From positions 1,417,921-1,481,920 of the forward strand of contig CP060239.1 of NCBI GenBank assembly GCA_023898785.1: a DNA stretch of 64,000 nucleotides, written 5' to 3'. The position numbers and the translations under genes were made by a program. Of the stretch, positions 53,187 to 61,515 are shown piece by piece (position 1 is the first letter of the stretch; each line of letters starts with the position of its first letter). Origin of the DNA: Rhodospirillales bacterium (lineage in GTDB: Bacteria > Pseudomonadota > Alphaproteobacteria > Micavibrionales > Micavibrionaceae). The notes under the pieces were generated by a model. That model was given only the letters and a program-made list of their open reading frames with translations, did no database searches and was not told the DNA's origin.

Positions 53187-54097
53187 GGCTTGGTTAGTGG
53201 GAGTGTCTGTATGGCTTGGGGTTGGCTGGGATTATTCGCAGCAACAGGATTTTGTGCCCATTCCGGCATGTTATGATCAAGTTCCTGACCAAATAGATCT
53301 TCGGCCAGCGATGGCGGTTCCAGATTTTCTATCAATTCGGGGGATTGTTTGAAAAACTCCGGATATGCCGCAACGAAATTTGCGTAATATTCCTGAACTT
53401 CGACTTCGCGGCCAATGATTGAAACGTCCAAATTGGCCTGTAACTGGCGCGCCTTGAGTACACCTTCATAATGATTCAGAGCATTTTCGGGCAATTTTCC
53501 ATCAGCAACAGCTTCATAGGCCTTTTCACGCAAATCGGCGGCTTCGGCGCGGGCGATCATGAATGTTGCTGCCGTCCCGGCGAGGGGGATGAATTTAAAT
53601 GTACGCCCTAATACCCTCGGCGCCACATCTATCGCCACATCAAAAGCTTGGCCCAGCCGTGCCAAAGGCCCGATTTTCATGACATGGCCAAATTTTTCTG
53701 TGAAAGCTTCTTGTAGGGCCGGTAGCCCGCCGGACTTCACCTCAAGAAAATTATCGCCCAATTGCGCCTTCCATGAAGCAAGCTTGTTATCAAAATAATC
53801 AGGATATTTTTTGAGATCGGGCCGGTGAATCGTTCCGCCGGATTTGGGTTCTATCGCGATAAAGACATTATCACGGTCATTGTAAAAAGAGATATGGCTT
53901 CCATCTTTACTTGTTATGAAAGCCCGCGTTTCAGGATCATTAAGAGTTGCATGAATAAAATCTCGAAGTTGATCCGCATTTTCCACACCAAATTCGGCAA
54001 ATTCGTTATAACCGTTTCGCGTACCGAGCACATGCCCCTCATGTGCATGATCTAAAAAGCGTTCAACCGCTTGTTCTATCGTGGTTTTTTCACTCAT
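53183..54097 (-). CDS. orphan hypothetical protein (304 aa), last gene of a three-gene orphan operon
   Basis: The ATG at 54097 (MSEKTTIEQAV...) is preferred over TTG 54112. The N-terminal ~110 aa are alpha/beta-like (...HAHEGHVLG...FYNDRDNVFIAIEPKSGGTIHRP...). The C-terminal part is helical with one hydrophobic segment and a Pro/Gln-rich tail. Confidence 0.5.
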   Translation of the reverse strand: MSEKTTIEQAVERFLDHAHEGHVLGTRNGYNEFAEFGVENADQLRDFIHATLNDPETRAFITSKDGSHISFYNDRDNVFIAIEPKSGGTIHRPDLKKYPDYFDNKLASWKAQLGDNFLEVKSGGLPALQEAFTEKFGHVMKIGPLARLGQAFDVAIDVAPRVLGRTFKFIPLAGTAATFMIARAEAADLREKAYEAVADGKLPENALNHYEGVLKARQLQANLDVSIIGREVEVQEYYANFVAAYPEFFKQSPELIENLEPPSLAEDLFGQELDHNMPEWAQNPVAANNPSQPQAIQTLPLTKP

Positions 54098-54141
54098 TAC
54101 ATACCCTGCCAATAGTATAGGGCAGGGGCGTAAAGAAAGTT

Positions 54142-54492
54142 TTAAGATTTTCGAGCTAAATCATAGGCTTGATCGATATCATGCTCTATTTTTTCAAGCT
54201 CTTCACGGGTAAAAGTTTTTTGACAAAATCTATTAAATCGTTCAATACCCATCCCGCGAATGGCCAAATTTAAAATATTACGTATGTAAAACAGCTCCAT
54301 ATCGTGAAACACCCAGCTGTTTTCTTCGGTCTTTTCAAAACGTTCGGCCAAGGCGAGTAAATGCTCCGAATCCATCTCGCATAATACAAAATCAAATTCG
54401 TGGCACGCCCGCATAATCGCCGCGAGCTTTTTCAGTTCTTCAGGCGTTGTGTTGACCAAAATCATATCGGCGTCTTTGTTAACAAATTCCAT
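54142..54492 (-). CDS. orphan acidic small protein, tandem paralogue 1 (116 aa)
   Basis: MEFVNKDADMILVNTTPEELKKLAAIMRACH.... The start was chosen by homology with paralogue 2, and both are then 351 nt long. The track ORF extends to a TTG at 54537. Confidence 0.5.
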   Translation of the reverse strand: MEFVNKDADMILVNTTPEELKKLAAIMRACHEFDFVLCEMDSEHLLALAERFEKTEENSWVFHDMELFYIRNILNLAIRGMGIERFNRFCQKTFTREELEKIEHDIDQAYDLARKS

Positions 54493-54546
54493 GGATTCTG
54501 ATCTTTGTATGTTCTTATGCGATAAACTATCAGACAAACTGCAAAG

Positions 54547-54897
54547 CTATGCAAGATGCCTGAGTTCATCAATTTTTTTTAATTGTGCCCACATGTACAC
54601 TATATCTTGCTCTGTAACATTATTAAAATAATGGGATGAAGAACGACACTCGTCTCCAAGGCTGCGGGCAAATATAAGAATATTATAGAGATAGAGTATC
54701 TCTAAATCATGAAAAACCCAGCTATCCTGTTCTGCCTTATCAAGACGATCTGCGAGATCTAACAGATCGTCACTGTCCATTTCACACAAAACAGGGTCAT
54801 AGGAATGACACGCCCGCATAATCGCCGCGAGCTTTTTCAGTTCTTCGGGCGTTGTGTTTACCAAAACCATATCAGCGTCTTTGTTAACGAATTCCAT
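54547..54897 (-). CDS. orphan acidic small protein, tandem paralogue 2 (116 aa)
   Basis: MEFVNKDADMVLVNTTPEELKKLAAIMRACH.... The first ~90 nt are nearly identical to paralogue 1 at the DNA level, and the C-terminal ~45 aa are diverged. Confidence 0.55.
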   Translation of the reverse strand: MEFVNKDADMVLVNTTPEELKKLAAIMRACHSYDPVLCEMDSDDLLDLADRLDKAEQDSWVFHDLEILYLYNILIFARSLGDECRSSSHYFNNVTEQDIVYMWAQLKKIDELRHLA

Positions 54898-54983
54898 GGA
54901 TGCCAGCCTTTATTTATTCTCTGCAGTATAGCGTAATCGCATGTGATTGACACCCTATATGAAACCCCTTACAAACTGCCTTT

Positions 54984-56393
54984 ATGATTAATTATATTTC
55001 CACGCGCGGGGGCGGCGAGCCGAGAGACTTTGAACAAGCTTTACTGAGTGGGCTGGCGCCTGATGGCGGCTTGTATGTGCCGGAAAGCTGGCCGCGCCTT
55101 GATCTGGATGCACTTAAAGGTAAACCGTATATCGATGTTGCCATAGAGGTGATGTATCCGTTTGTGGAAGGGTCTTTGGACCGCGATGAATTTGCGACGA
55201 TTGTGCGTGAGACCTATGGGCCGGAATTTTTCCGTCACAAAGATGTCGTGCCACTACACCCTCTTAAAGACAATCACTATATTTTGGAGCAGTTCCACGG
55301 GCCGACGATTGCGTTTAAGGATGTGGCGTTGCAATTGTTAGGGCGATTGTTTGACCATGTTTTGAAAAAGCGCGGTGAGCATATCACGATTGTCGGCGCG
55401 ACCTCGGGCGATACGGGCAGCGCGGCGATTGAAGGGTGCAAGGTTTCCGATCAGCTGGATATTTTTATCCTGCACCCGAAGGGGCGCGTTTCAGATGTGC
55501 AGCGTAGGCAGATGACCACCGTAGAGGGCGAGAATGTGCATAACATCGCGCTGGAGGGATCGTTTGATGATTGCCAGAACATGGTTAAGGCGATGTTTAA
55601 TGATGCGGAGTTTCGTAAAGAGATGAATCTGGCTGCCGTGAACTCTATCAACTGGGCGCGGGTGATGGCGCAGATTGTTTATTATGTGACCAGCGCTTTG
55701 GAACTGGGCGCGCCGGACAAACAGGTGACTTATGTTGTGCCGACGGGCAATTACGGCAATGTGTTTGCGGCGTATTGCGCGCGTAAGATGGGCCTTCCAA
55801 TCAAGCTGGTCGTGGCGACGAATGAGAATGACATCCTGACGCGATTTTTTGAAAGCGGACAGATGAAGGCTGCGGGGTGCGTGGCGACGATTACGCCGTC
55901 GATGGATATTGAGATTTCGAGCAATTTTGAGCGTTATCTCTTTGATCTTCTGGATAGGGATGAGGATGCGTTGGCCGCGATGATGCGCCGCTTTAAGGAC
56001 ACCGGGCATTTTGAAGTATCGCCTGAACAACTGGCGCGGGCGCGTGAAGATTTCGCGGCCGGACGCACGGATCAAAGCGAGACGCTGGCGACAATTAAAC
56101 AGGTCTATGAGGACACTGATTATATTCTCGATCCGCATACGGCGGTGGCGATGAAGGTGGCGCTGGACGTTGCGCCTGAAGTTGACGGGCCGGTGGTGAC
56201 GCTGGCCACGGCGCATCCGGCGAAGTTTCCTGATGCGGTGGAAAAAGCAATTGGTCTGCGCCCTGCCCTGCCTGAGCATCTGGCGGATTTGTTTGACCGC
56301 GCCGAGCGGCTTGAAGAATTGCCAAATGACATTAAAGTCGTGCAGGATTTTGTGCGCGAGCATTCACATATATCCAAACAAAATGCGGCTTAA
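54984..56393 (+). CDS. thrC: threonine synthase
   Basis: MINYISTRGGG... and ...FHGPTIAFKDVALQ... (PLP-lysine region). Confidence 0.93.
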   Translation: MINYISTRGGGEPRDFEQALLSGLAPDGGLYVPESWPRLDLDALKGKPYIDVAIEVMYPFVEGSLDRDEFATIVRETYGPEFFRHKDVVPLHPLKDNHYILEQFHGPTIAFKDVALQLLGRLFDHVLKKRGEHITIVGATSGDTGSAAIEGCKVSDQLDIFILHPKGRVSDVQRRQMTTVEGENVHNIALEGSFDDCQNMVKAMFNDAEFRKEMNLAAVNSINWARVMAQIVYYVTSALELGAPDKQVTYVVPTGNYGNVFAAYCARKMGLPIKLVVATNENDILTRFFESGQMKAAGCVATITPSMDIEISSNFERYLFDLLDRDEDALAAMMRRFKDTGHFEVSPEQLARAREDFAAGRTDQSETLATIKQVYEDTDYILDPHTAVAMKVALDVAPEVDGPVVTLATAHPAKFPDAVEKAIGLRPALPEHLADLFDRAERLEELPNDIKVVQDFVREHSHISKQNAA

Positions 56394-56398
56394 CCTCT

Positions 56399-57661
56399 AT
56401 GAGTAATATTCAAACGACAACTCTTCCCAACGGCCTGCGGGTTATTACCGACCATGTGCCGAGTATGCATTCGGTGGCGCTCGGCATCTGGGCTGGTGTG
56501 GGTACGCGGCATGAAAACCTCGCGCAAAACGGCGTGGCGCATATGGTGGAACATATGCTGTTTAAAGGCACGGAGATGCGCGATGCGCTCCAGATTGCCG
56601 AAGAGCTGGAGAATGTTGGCGGATCTATGAATGCGTATACAGGGCGTGAAGTGACCAGCTATCACGTGCATTTACTGGCCGAAGACATGCGGTTGGGGCT
56701 GGATGTGATGTGCGATATGTATCTGAACTCGACGCTGCCTGAAGATGAGATCGAGCGCGAGCGCGAAGTGATTTTGCAGGAAATCGGGATGTGTAATGAT
56801 ACACCCGATGATCTGGTGTTTGATGTTTTTTCTGAAACGGCTTATCCGGATCAGGCTTTGGGCGCGCCGATTTTAGGCCGGGCGCATAATATTGAAGCCA
56901 TGAGTCAGGACCATCTGCGCGATTATATCGATCGGTTTTACACGCCCGCCAACACGGTGGTTTCAGCGGCGGGCGCGGTTGATCATGATGCATTTGTGGC
57001 GCAGGCGGAGGATGCCTTTGCCGATAAAGCGGCTTCGAGAGCCTGCACTTATGAAGCAGCGGCCTATAAAGGCGGAGAAACGCGGCTGAATAAGGATCTT
57101 GAGCAGAGCCATTTCATTCTTGGTTTTCAGGGGCTTGGCCGTCATGAAGACGATTATTATGCAGCACAAGCGCTTTCGACGGTGCTGGGGTCGGGCATGT
57201 CTTCGCACCTGTTTCAGGAAGTGCGGGAAAAACGCGGGCTGGTCTATTCGATTTTTTCCTATCACAGCGGTTATCAGGATAATGGCACATTCGGGATTTA
57301 TGCCGGAACCGGGCCGGACAAACTGGATGAGATTATTCCAATTGTTTGCGATGAGGTGCTGAAGGTTGGCAGCGATGTGATGGAGGAAGAACTGGCCCGA
57401 GCGAAATCACAACTTAAAGCGGGACTGTTGATGGGAAGGGAATCGATGATGACCCGCGCCGATCAACAAGCTAAATGTCTATTGTTCCGCAATAAGGTTT
57501 TTGATTTGGAAAGTTTGACGGGAGCTATTGAGAAAATTGACAGGGCGGCGATTGCGCGCGTTGCCGAAAAAATATTTTCTACAAAACCAACGCTAGCAGC
57601 GCTCGGCCCGCTTGAAAAGCTTGAAGCATTTGAGCAAGTTCGGAAACGATTGGCCGCCTAA
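56399..57661 (+). CDS. M16-family zinc peptidase (pitrilysin/processing-peptidase-like)
   Basis: The inverted zinc motif HMVEHMLFKGT (HxxEH). Confidence 0.85.
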   Translation: MSNIQTTTLPNGLRVITDHVPSMHSVALGIWAGVGTRHENLAQNGVAHMVEHMLFKGTEMRDALQIAEELENVGGSMNAYTGREVTSYHVHLLAEDMRLGLDVMCDMYLNSTLPEDEIEREREVILQEIGMCNDTPDDLVFDVFSETAYPDQALGAPILGRAHNIEAMSQDHLRDYIDRFYTPANTVVSAAGAVDHDAFVAQAEDAFADKAASRACTYEAAAYKGGETRLNKDLEQSHFILGFQGLGRHEDDYYAAQALSTVLGSGMSSHLFQEVREKRGLVYSIFSYHSGYQDNGTFGIYAGTGPDKLDEIIPIVCDEVLKVGSDVMEEELARAKSQLKAGLLMGRESMMTRADQQAKCLLFRNKVFDLESLTGAIEKIDRAAIARVAEKIFSTKPTLAALGPLEKLEAFEQVRKRLAA

Positions 57662-57664
57662 AAG

Positions 57665-58270
57665 ATGTTGCTCGGTTTTAAAAAACAAGATTCTGAGTTT
57701 CCCGATATTTCACTGCAATGCGCGCGCGTTTTGATGCGCCCGCCGACTTTGACCGACTGGCCGGAATGGGTAAAAGTGCGCGCGGTCAATCAAGATCATA
57801 TTCAGCCTTTTGAGCCGCTATGGCCGAGCGAACCGTTTACCCAAGACCTTTTTAAACGCCGTCTGGCGCGTCAGATTCGCGAATGGGAATTGGGGCATGC
57901 AAATGCATTTTTGATTTTTAAGCGCGACAATGGCCAATTGATCGGCGGGATGAATATCAACAATATCTGCCGCGGCGCGGCGCAGTATGCTTCTTTGGGT
58001 TACTGGATTGATTGGAATCATGAAGGCCGGGGCTATATGGCAGAAAGCCTTGCACTTACTTTGCGTTATTGTTTTGAAACGCTGGGACTGCACCGGGTGA
58101 ATGCGTCGTGTTTGGCGCACAATACGCGCAGCCGCAATGTGCTGGTAAAGGCTGGGTTTCAGGAAGAGGGCATGGCGGAGAAATATCTACAAATCAACGG
58201 GGAATGGCAGGACCATATTTTATTCGGTCTGCCGATTGAGCATTGGAAAGAGGTTGAGGGTGGCGATTAA
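57665..58270 (+). CDS. GNAT-family N-acetyltransferase (RimJ/RimL-like)
   Basis: ...LGYWIDWNHEGRGYMAESLALTLRYCFETLGLHRVNASCLAHNTRSRNVLVKAGFQEEG... is a typical RimJ-like GNAT core. Confidence 0.8.
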   Translation: MLLGFKKQDSEFPDISLQCARVLMRPPTLTDWPEWVKVRAVNQDHIQPFEPLWPSEPFTQDLFKRRLARQIREWELGHANAFLIFKRDNGQLIGGMNINNICRGAAQYASLGYWIDWNHEGRGYMAESLALTLRYCFETLGLHRVNASCLAHNTRSRNVLVKAGFQEEGMAEKYLQINGEWQDHILFGLPIEHWKEVEGGD

Positions 58271-58854
58271 GCGCGGCCCATTTCACCCGAGAGCAACGCA
58301 GGATCAAAACCAAGCTTGTGCACAGCGTGTTCCCATTTTTCTTCGGCTTTATCTGTAAAGATCAGCGCCGGGTCTGGCTGTGAAACAAGCCAGGCATTTT
58401 GCTGTAATTCCGCTTCAAGCTGGCCGGGCGTCCATCCGGCATAGCCTAAAATAAAGAGCGCCTGGTCCGGGCCTTCGCCTTTGGCCACGGCCTTAAGCGC
58501 ATCGGTGGTGCCGGTGATGCTGAAATCTTCATCGACCTGCACGGTGTCATCTTGTTTGAATTCGGTTGAATGGAGCAAAAATCCACGTGCCGTTTCGACA
58601 GGTCCGCCGTTTAAGACAGGTAGGTTCAAGTCTTTGGCCTTGATTTCAATATCCGATTCAATGCCGAGTTGTTTGAGCAGATCGTCAAATTTTAATGCAG
58701 GTACAGGAGCATTGATCACCAGCCCCATAGCGCCGTTTTCATCATGGGCGCATAGATAAATCACAGCGCGGTGAAAACGTGGATCACCGATCGTCGGCAT
58801 GGCCAAGAGCAGCTTTCCGGTTAGATAACCCGTCTTTGTTTCTGTCATCGTCAC
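58267..58854 (-). CDS. yqgE: YqgE/AlgH-family (UPF0301) protein
   Basis: ...LTGKLLLAMPTIGDPRFHRAVIYLCAHDENGAMGLVIN... is canonical UPF0301. Confidence 0.85.
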   Translation of the reverse strand: MTMTETKTGYLTGKLLLAMPTIGDPRFHRAVIYLCAHDENGAMGLVINAPVPALKFDDLLKQLGIESDIEIKAKDLNLPVLNGGPVETARGFLLHSTEFKQDDTVQVDEDFSITGTTDALKAVAKGEGPDQALFILGYAGWTPGQLEAELQQNAWLVSQPDPALIFTDKAEEKWEHAVHKLGFDPALLSGEMGRA

Positions 58855-58930
58855 CTCTTCGTTTGCCTCGCATGTGCAAAAAGATTATCCTTAAAAGAGG
58901 CGGTTCACATTAACAGGAATGAGCGGTTAG

Positions 58931-59392
58931 ATGTCAAAGTTTTTTATTTTTCTAATTGTCTTTGCTTTTGCAATGCCTGCATGGGCTTCGGATTGGGTGG
59001 ATGGCGAGCATGTGCGCGCACGTCTGGCCGCTGTGCCTGATGCTGGAAATAAAATGGCTGTTTTGGAAGTTGAATTGGAGGACGGTTGGCATAGCTATGG
59101 GCAAGATCCAGGTGATGCGGGTTTGCCGCCGCGCTTTGAGTGGGAAGGCTCAAGCAATCTTGAGCGCGCCCAGATCAGTTGGCCGGAGACGTTTGAAAAA
59201 CGTGAAATGGATATGTTCACGGTGAATGCATATGAAGGCGCCATTCAGTTTCCATTGACGATTATACCCGTTGATGTGCAGGGCGATGTTGCGCTTAAAC
59301 TGGGCTTGAAGCTGATGGTATGCAAGGATATTTGCATTCCGAGCACATTGGATCTGGCGCTGGATTTGAAACCTGCTTGGCCAGCCCCTTAA
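58931..59392 (+). CDS. secreted DsbD N-terminal-domain-like (thiol:disulfide interchange/DsbC_N family) protein
   Basis: Signal peptide, ...GWHSYGQDPGDAGLPP... and ...LMVCKDICIP..., which are typical of the DsbD alpha-domain family. Confidence 0.6.
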   Translation: MSKFFIFLIVFAFAMPAWASDWVDGEHVRARLAAVPDAGNKMAVLEVELEDGWHSYGQDPGDAGLPPRFEWEGSSNLERAQISWPETFEKREMDMFTVNAYEGAIQFPLTIIPVDVQGDVALKLGLKLMVCKDICIPSTLDLALDLKPAWPAP

Positions 59393-60504
59393 GCTTTAGA
59401 AATTTCCTCGTAAATTTTCAGTGTGTGTGCAACGACACTTTCGACGTCAAAGTTACGTGCGGCCAGATCATGGCTGGCACGGCCCATTGCTTCTAAGCAA
59501 GGGCGGTCTTCAAGCAGCACCCGCATCGCATCAGCCGTGGCCAGCGGGTCTTTGACCGGCACCAATAGACCATTCACTTCATGCTCGACCGCCTCGCGGC
59601 AGCCCGGGTGATCGGTTGTGACAATCGCGCGGCCTGTGGCGGCGGCTTCCAGTAAAACTTTCGGCACACCTTCGCCATACCAGGATGGGTAGCAAATCAG
59701 GCTGGCGGATTGGTAAAGTGCAGGCATATCGGCGACTTTGCCAAGCCATTCCACCTCACTTTCAGCCAGCATCGTTTCCATTTCTTCTTTTGAAATTGCG
59801 CTGGGGGTTGTGGCACTCAATCCTCCGGCAATTTTAAACCGTGCATTTATTCCACGTTTTTTGAGAATATTGGCCGCCTTGATAAACACCGCGACGCCTT
59901 TTTCATGGATAAGGCGTGTGGGCATGAGCACGATTGGGCGCTTGTCTTCCGGCAGCGGCATCAACGGATATTGCGTTAAATCAACGCCCGAACCGCGAAT
60001 AAGTGTACAGCGTTCGGGAACGGCAAATCTACGGCGGATCATCAGTGCCATATCATCGGGGTTTTGAAAGATCAGATGCGTGCGTTTTTGTTTGAGGGCT
60101 AATTTTAGGAACGGGCCAATCGCTATACGCAAAATTTGCGGCTTTGCACCTTCGCCGGAAAACAGATAACCCAGTCCGGCCAGCGTATGGACGACCCGAA
60201 CGTCTTTATAAAGCCTTGCGGCGAGACCGGCGAAAAATGCATATTTCAGTGTGATGGCATGGATGATCGCCGGATGTTCGCGCTTAATAATTTTGTAGAT
60301 AGCCCAGATGATTTTGGCCGGGCCGGATGCGGGGAGTTCATGTCCTGTGAAATGTTGCGGGGCGAGGTCGGGATCGCTATCCGCGCCGGTCACAGCAACG
60401 CTGACGTCCCAGCCTTTAACTTGCGCGCCTTTGGCCAGCGGTAGACGATGCGACCAAAACCAGTCAATGTGATTGATAACGAGAAGAAGTTTTTTGGCTG
60501 CCAT
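59389..60504 (-). CDS. glycosyltransferase, family 4 (GT-B fold)
   Basis: C-terminal ...PSWYGEGVPKVLLEAAATGRAIVTTDHPGCREAVEHEVNGLLVP... (EX7E-type motif). Confidence 0.85.
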   Translation of the reverse strand: MAAKKLLLVINHIDWFWSHRLPLAKGAQVKGWDVSVAVTGADSDPDLAPQHFTGHELPASGPAKIIWAIYKIIKREHPAIIHAITLKYAFFAGLAARLYKDVRVVHTLAGLGYLFSGEGAKPQILRIAIGPFLKLALKQKRTHLIFQNPDDMALMIRRRFAVPERCTLIRGSGVDLTQYPLMPLPEDKRPIVLMPTRLIHEKGVAVFIKAANILKKRGINARFKIAGGLSATTPSAISKEEMETMLAESEVEWLGKVADMPALYQSASLICYPSWYGEGVPKVLLEAAATGRAIVTTDHPGCREAVEHEVNGLLVPVKDPLATADAMRVLLEDRPCLEAMGRASHDLAARNFDVESVVAHTLKIYEEISKA

Positions 60505-61500
60505 TTATGCAGCCCTTTTATGATCTTGTTTTTTATCCTGAAATTCGCATTCAATCATTTCTTCCAGCCCGTCATGAAGGGAATAAGGCGCTTTAAAACC
60601 GGTTTCTTCTTTGAGCTTATCGGCATTTACAATCGTATCGGCGCAGAATTTTTTGATACGGATAATGCTGATTGGAAATTTTTTGCCAGTGACTTTCGCC
60701 GCGACATCAAACACGCTGCCGCCGAGTAGACCCAGCGCATAAGACATTTGCGGGCCGAGGCCCCTATAGCCCAGAGCTTTGCGGATGGAAGCAACAAAAT
60801 CGCGCATATTTATATCCGGCTTATCGGCGTAGTTATAAAGATGCGCACCCGCTTTAAAGCCCAAAGCATGGTGAAGGAAGGCTGCGACATTGCCAACATA
60901 GGCGATGGATTTACAGTTCTTTCCATCGCCGATCATAATGAATTTGCCGCTGGCGATCTGATTTATCAGGGTAAAGATGTTGCCGCGATTGCCGGGGCCA
61001 AAGGTGGCGACAAGGCGGATGATGGTCAGACTGCGGGCCGGGTCTTGGGAGGCCCAATATTCGAAGGTCTTTTCGCTGTCACATTTCGATTGCCCGTATG
61101 GGTTAAAGGGGGCGGGCGGATGCTCTTCGGAGGAGCCTTTTTTTAGATCGGCCGGAACGAGTGGATAGACCGCGACCGAGCTGGTGAAGATAATTTTTTT
61201 AATGCCATTAGCCTTGGCAGCCTCGATCACGTTTTGGCCGCCGGTAACATTGACATCGGTGTAGAGAGAAAGCGGAGTCACGTCATCGCGGTGCTCGGCG
61301 GCAAGGTGGTAGATGGCGTCTGCACCTTCCAAGGCTTTAGTGAGGGTGTCTAAATCCCGAATATCGGCAATGATGCTATCATCCGGAAAACTTTCCGATT
61401 TTTTGAGGTCGATCAAAACCAATTCATGGCCGTCACTTTTCAGTAGCTTTGCCAGTTGCGTCCCGATAAACCCCGCCCCACCTGTAATTGCTATTTTCAT
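60505..61500 (-). CDS. NAD-dependent sugar epimerase/dehydratase
   Basis: MKIAITGGAGFIGTQLA... Rossmann motif with extended-SDR layout. Confidence 0.85.
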   Translation of the reverse strand: MKIAITGGAGFIGTQLAKLLKSDGHELVLIDLKKSESFPDDSIIADIRDLDTLTKALEGADAIYHLAAEHRDDVTPLSLYTDVNVTGGQNVIEAAKANGIKKIIFTSSVAVYPLVPADLKKGSSEEHPPAPFNPYGQSKCDSEKTFEYWASQDPARSLTIIRLVATFGPGNRGNIFTLINQIASGKFIMIGDGKNCKSIAYVGNVAAFLHHALGFKAGAHLYNYADKPDINMRDFVASIRKALGYRGLGPQMSYALGLLGGSVFDVAAKVTGKKFPISIIRIKKFCADTIVNADKLKEETGFKAPYSLHDGLEEMIECEFQDKKQDHKRAA

Positions 61501-61515
61501 GGCCTCTGTTCTACC

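Noticed and set aside
55491-56363. 290-aa minus-strand ORF
   Set aside because: It is antisense to thrC and extremely Arg/His-rich, a shadow ORF.
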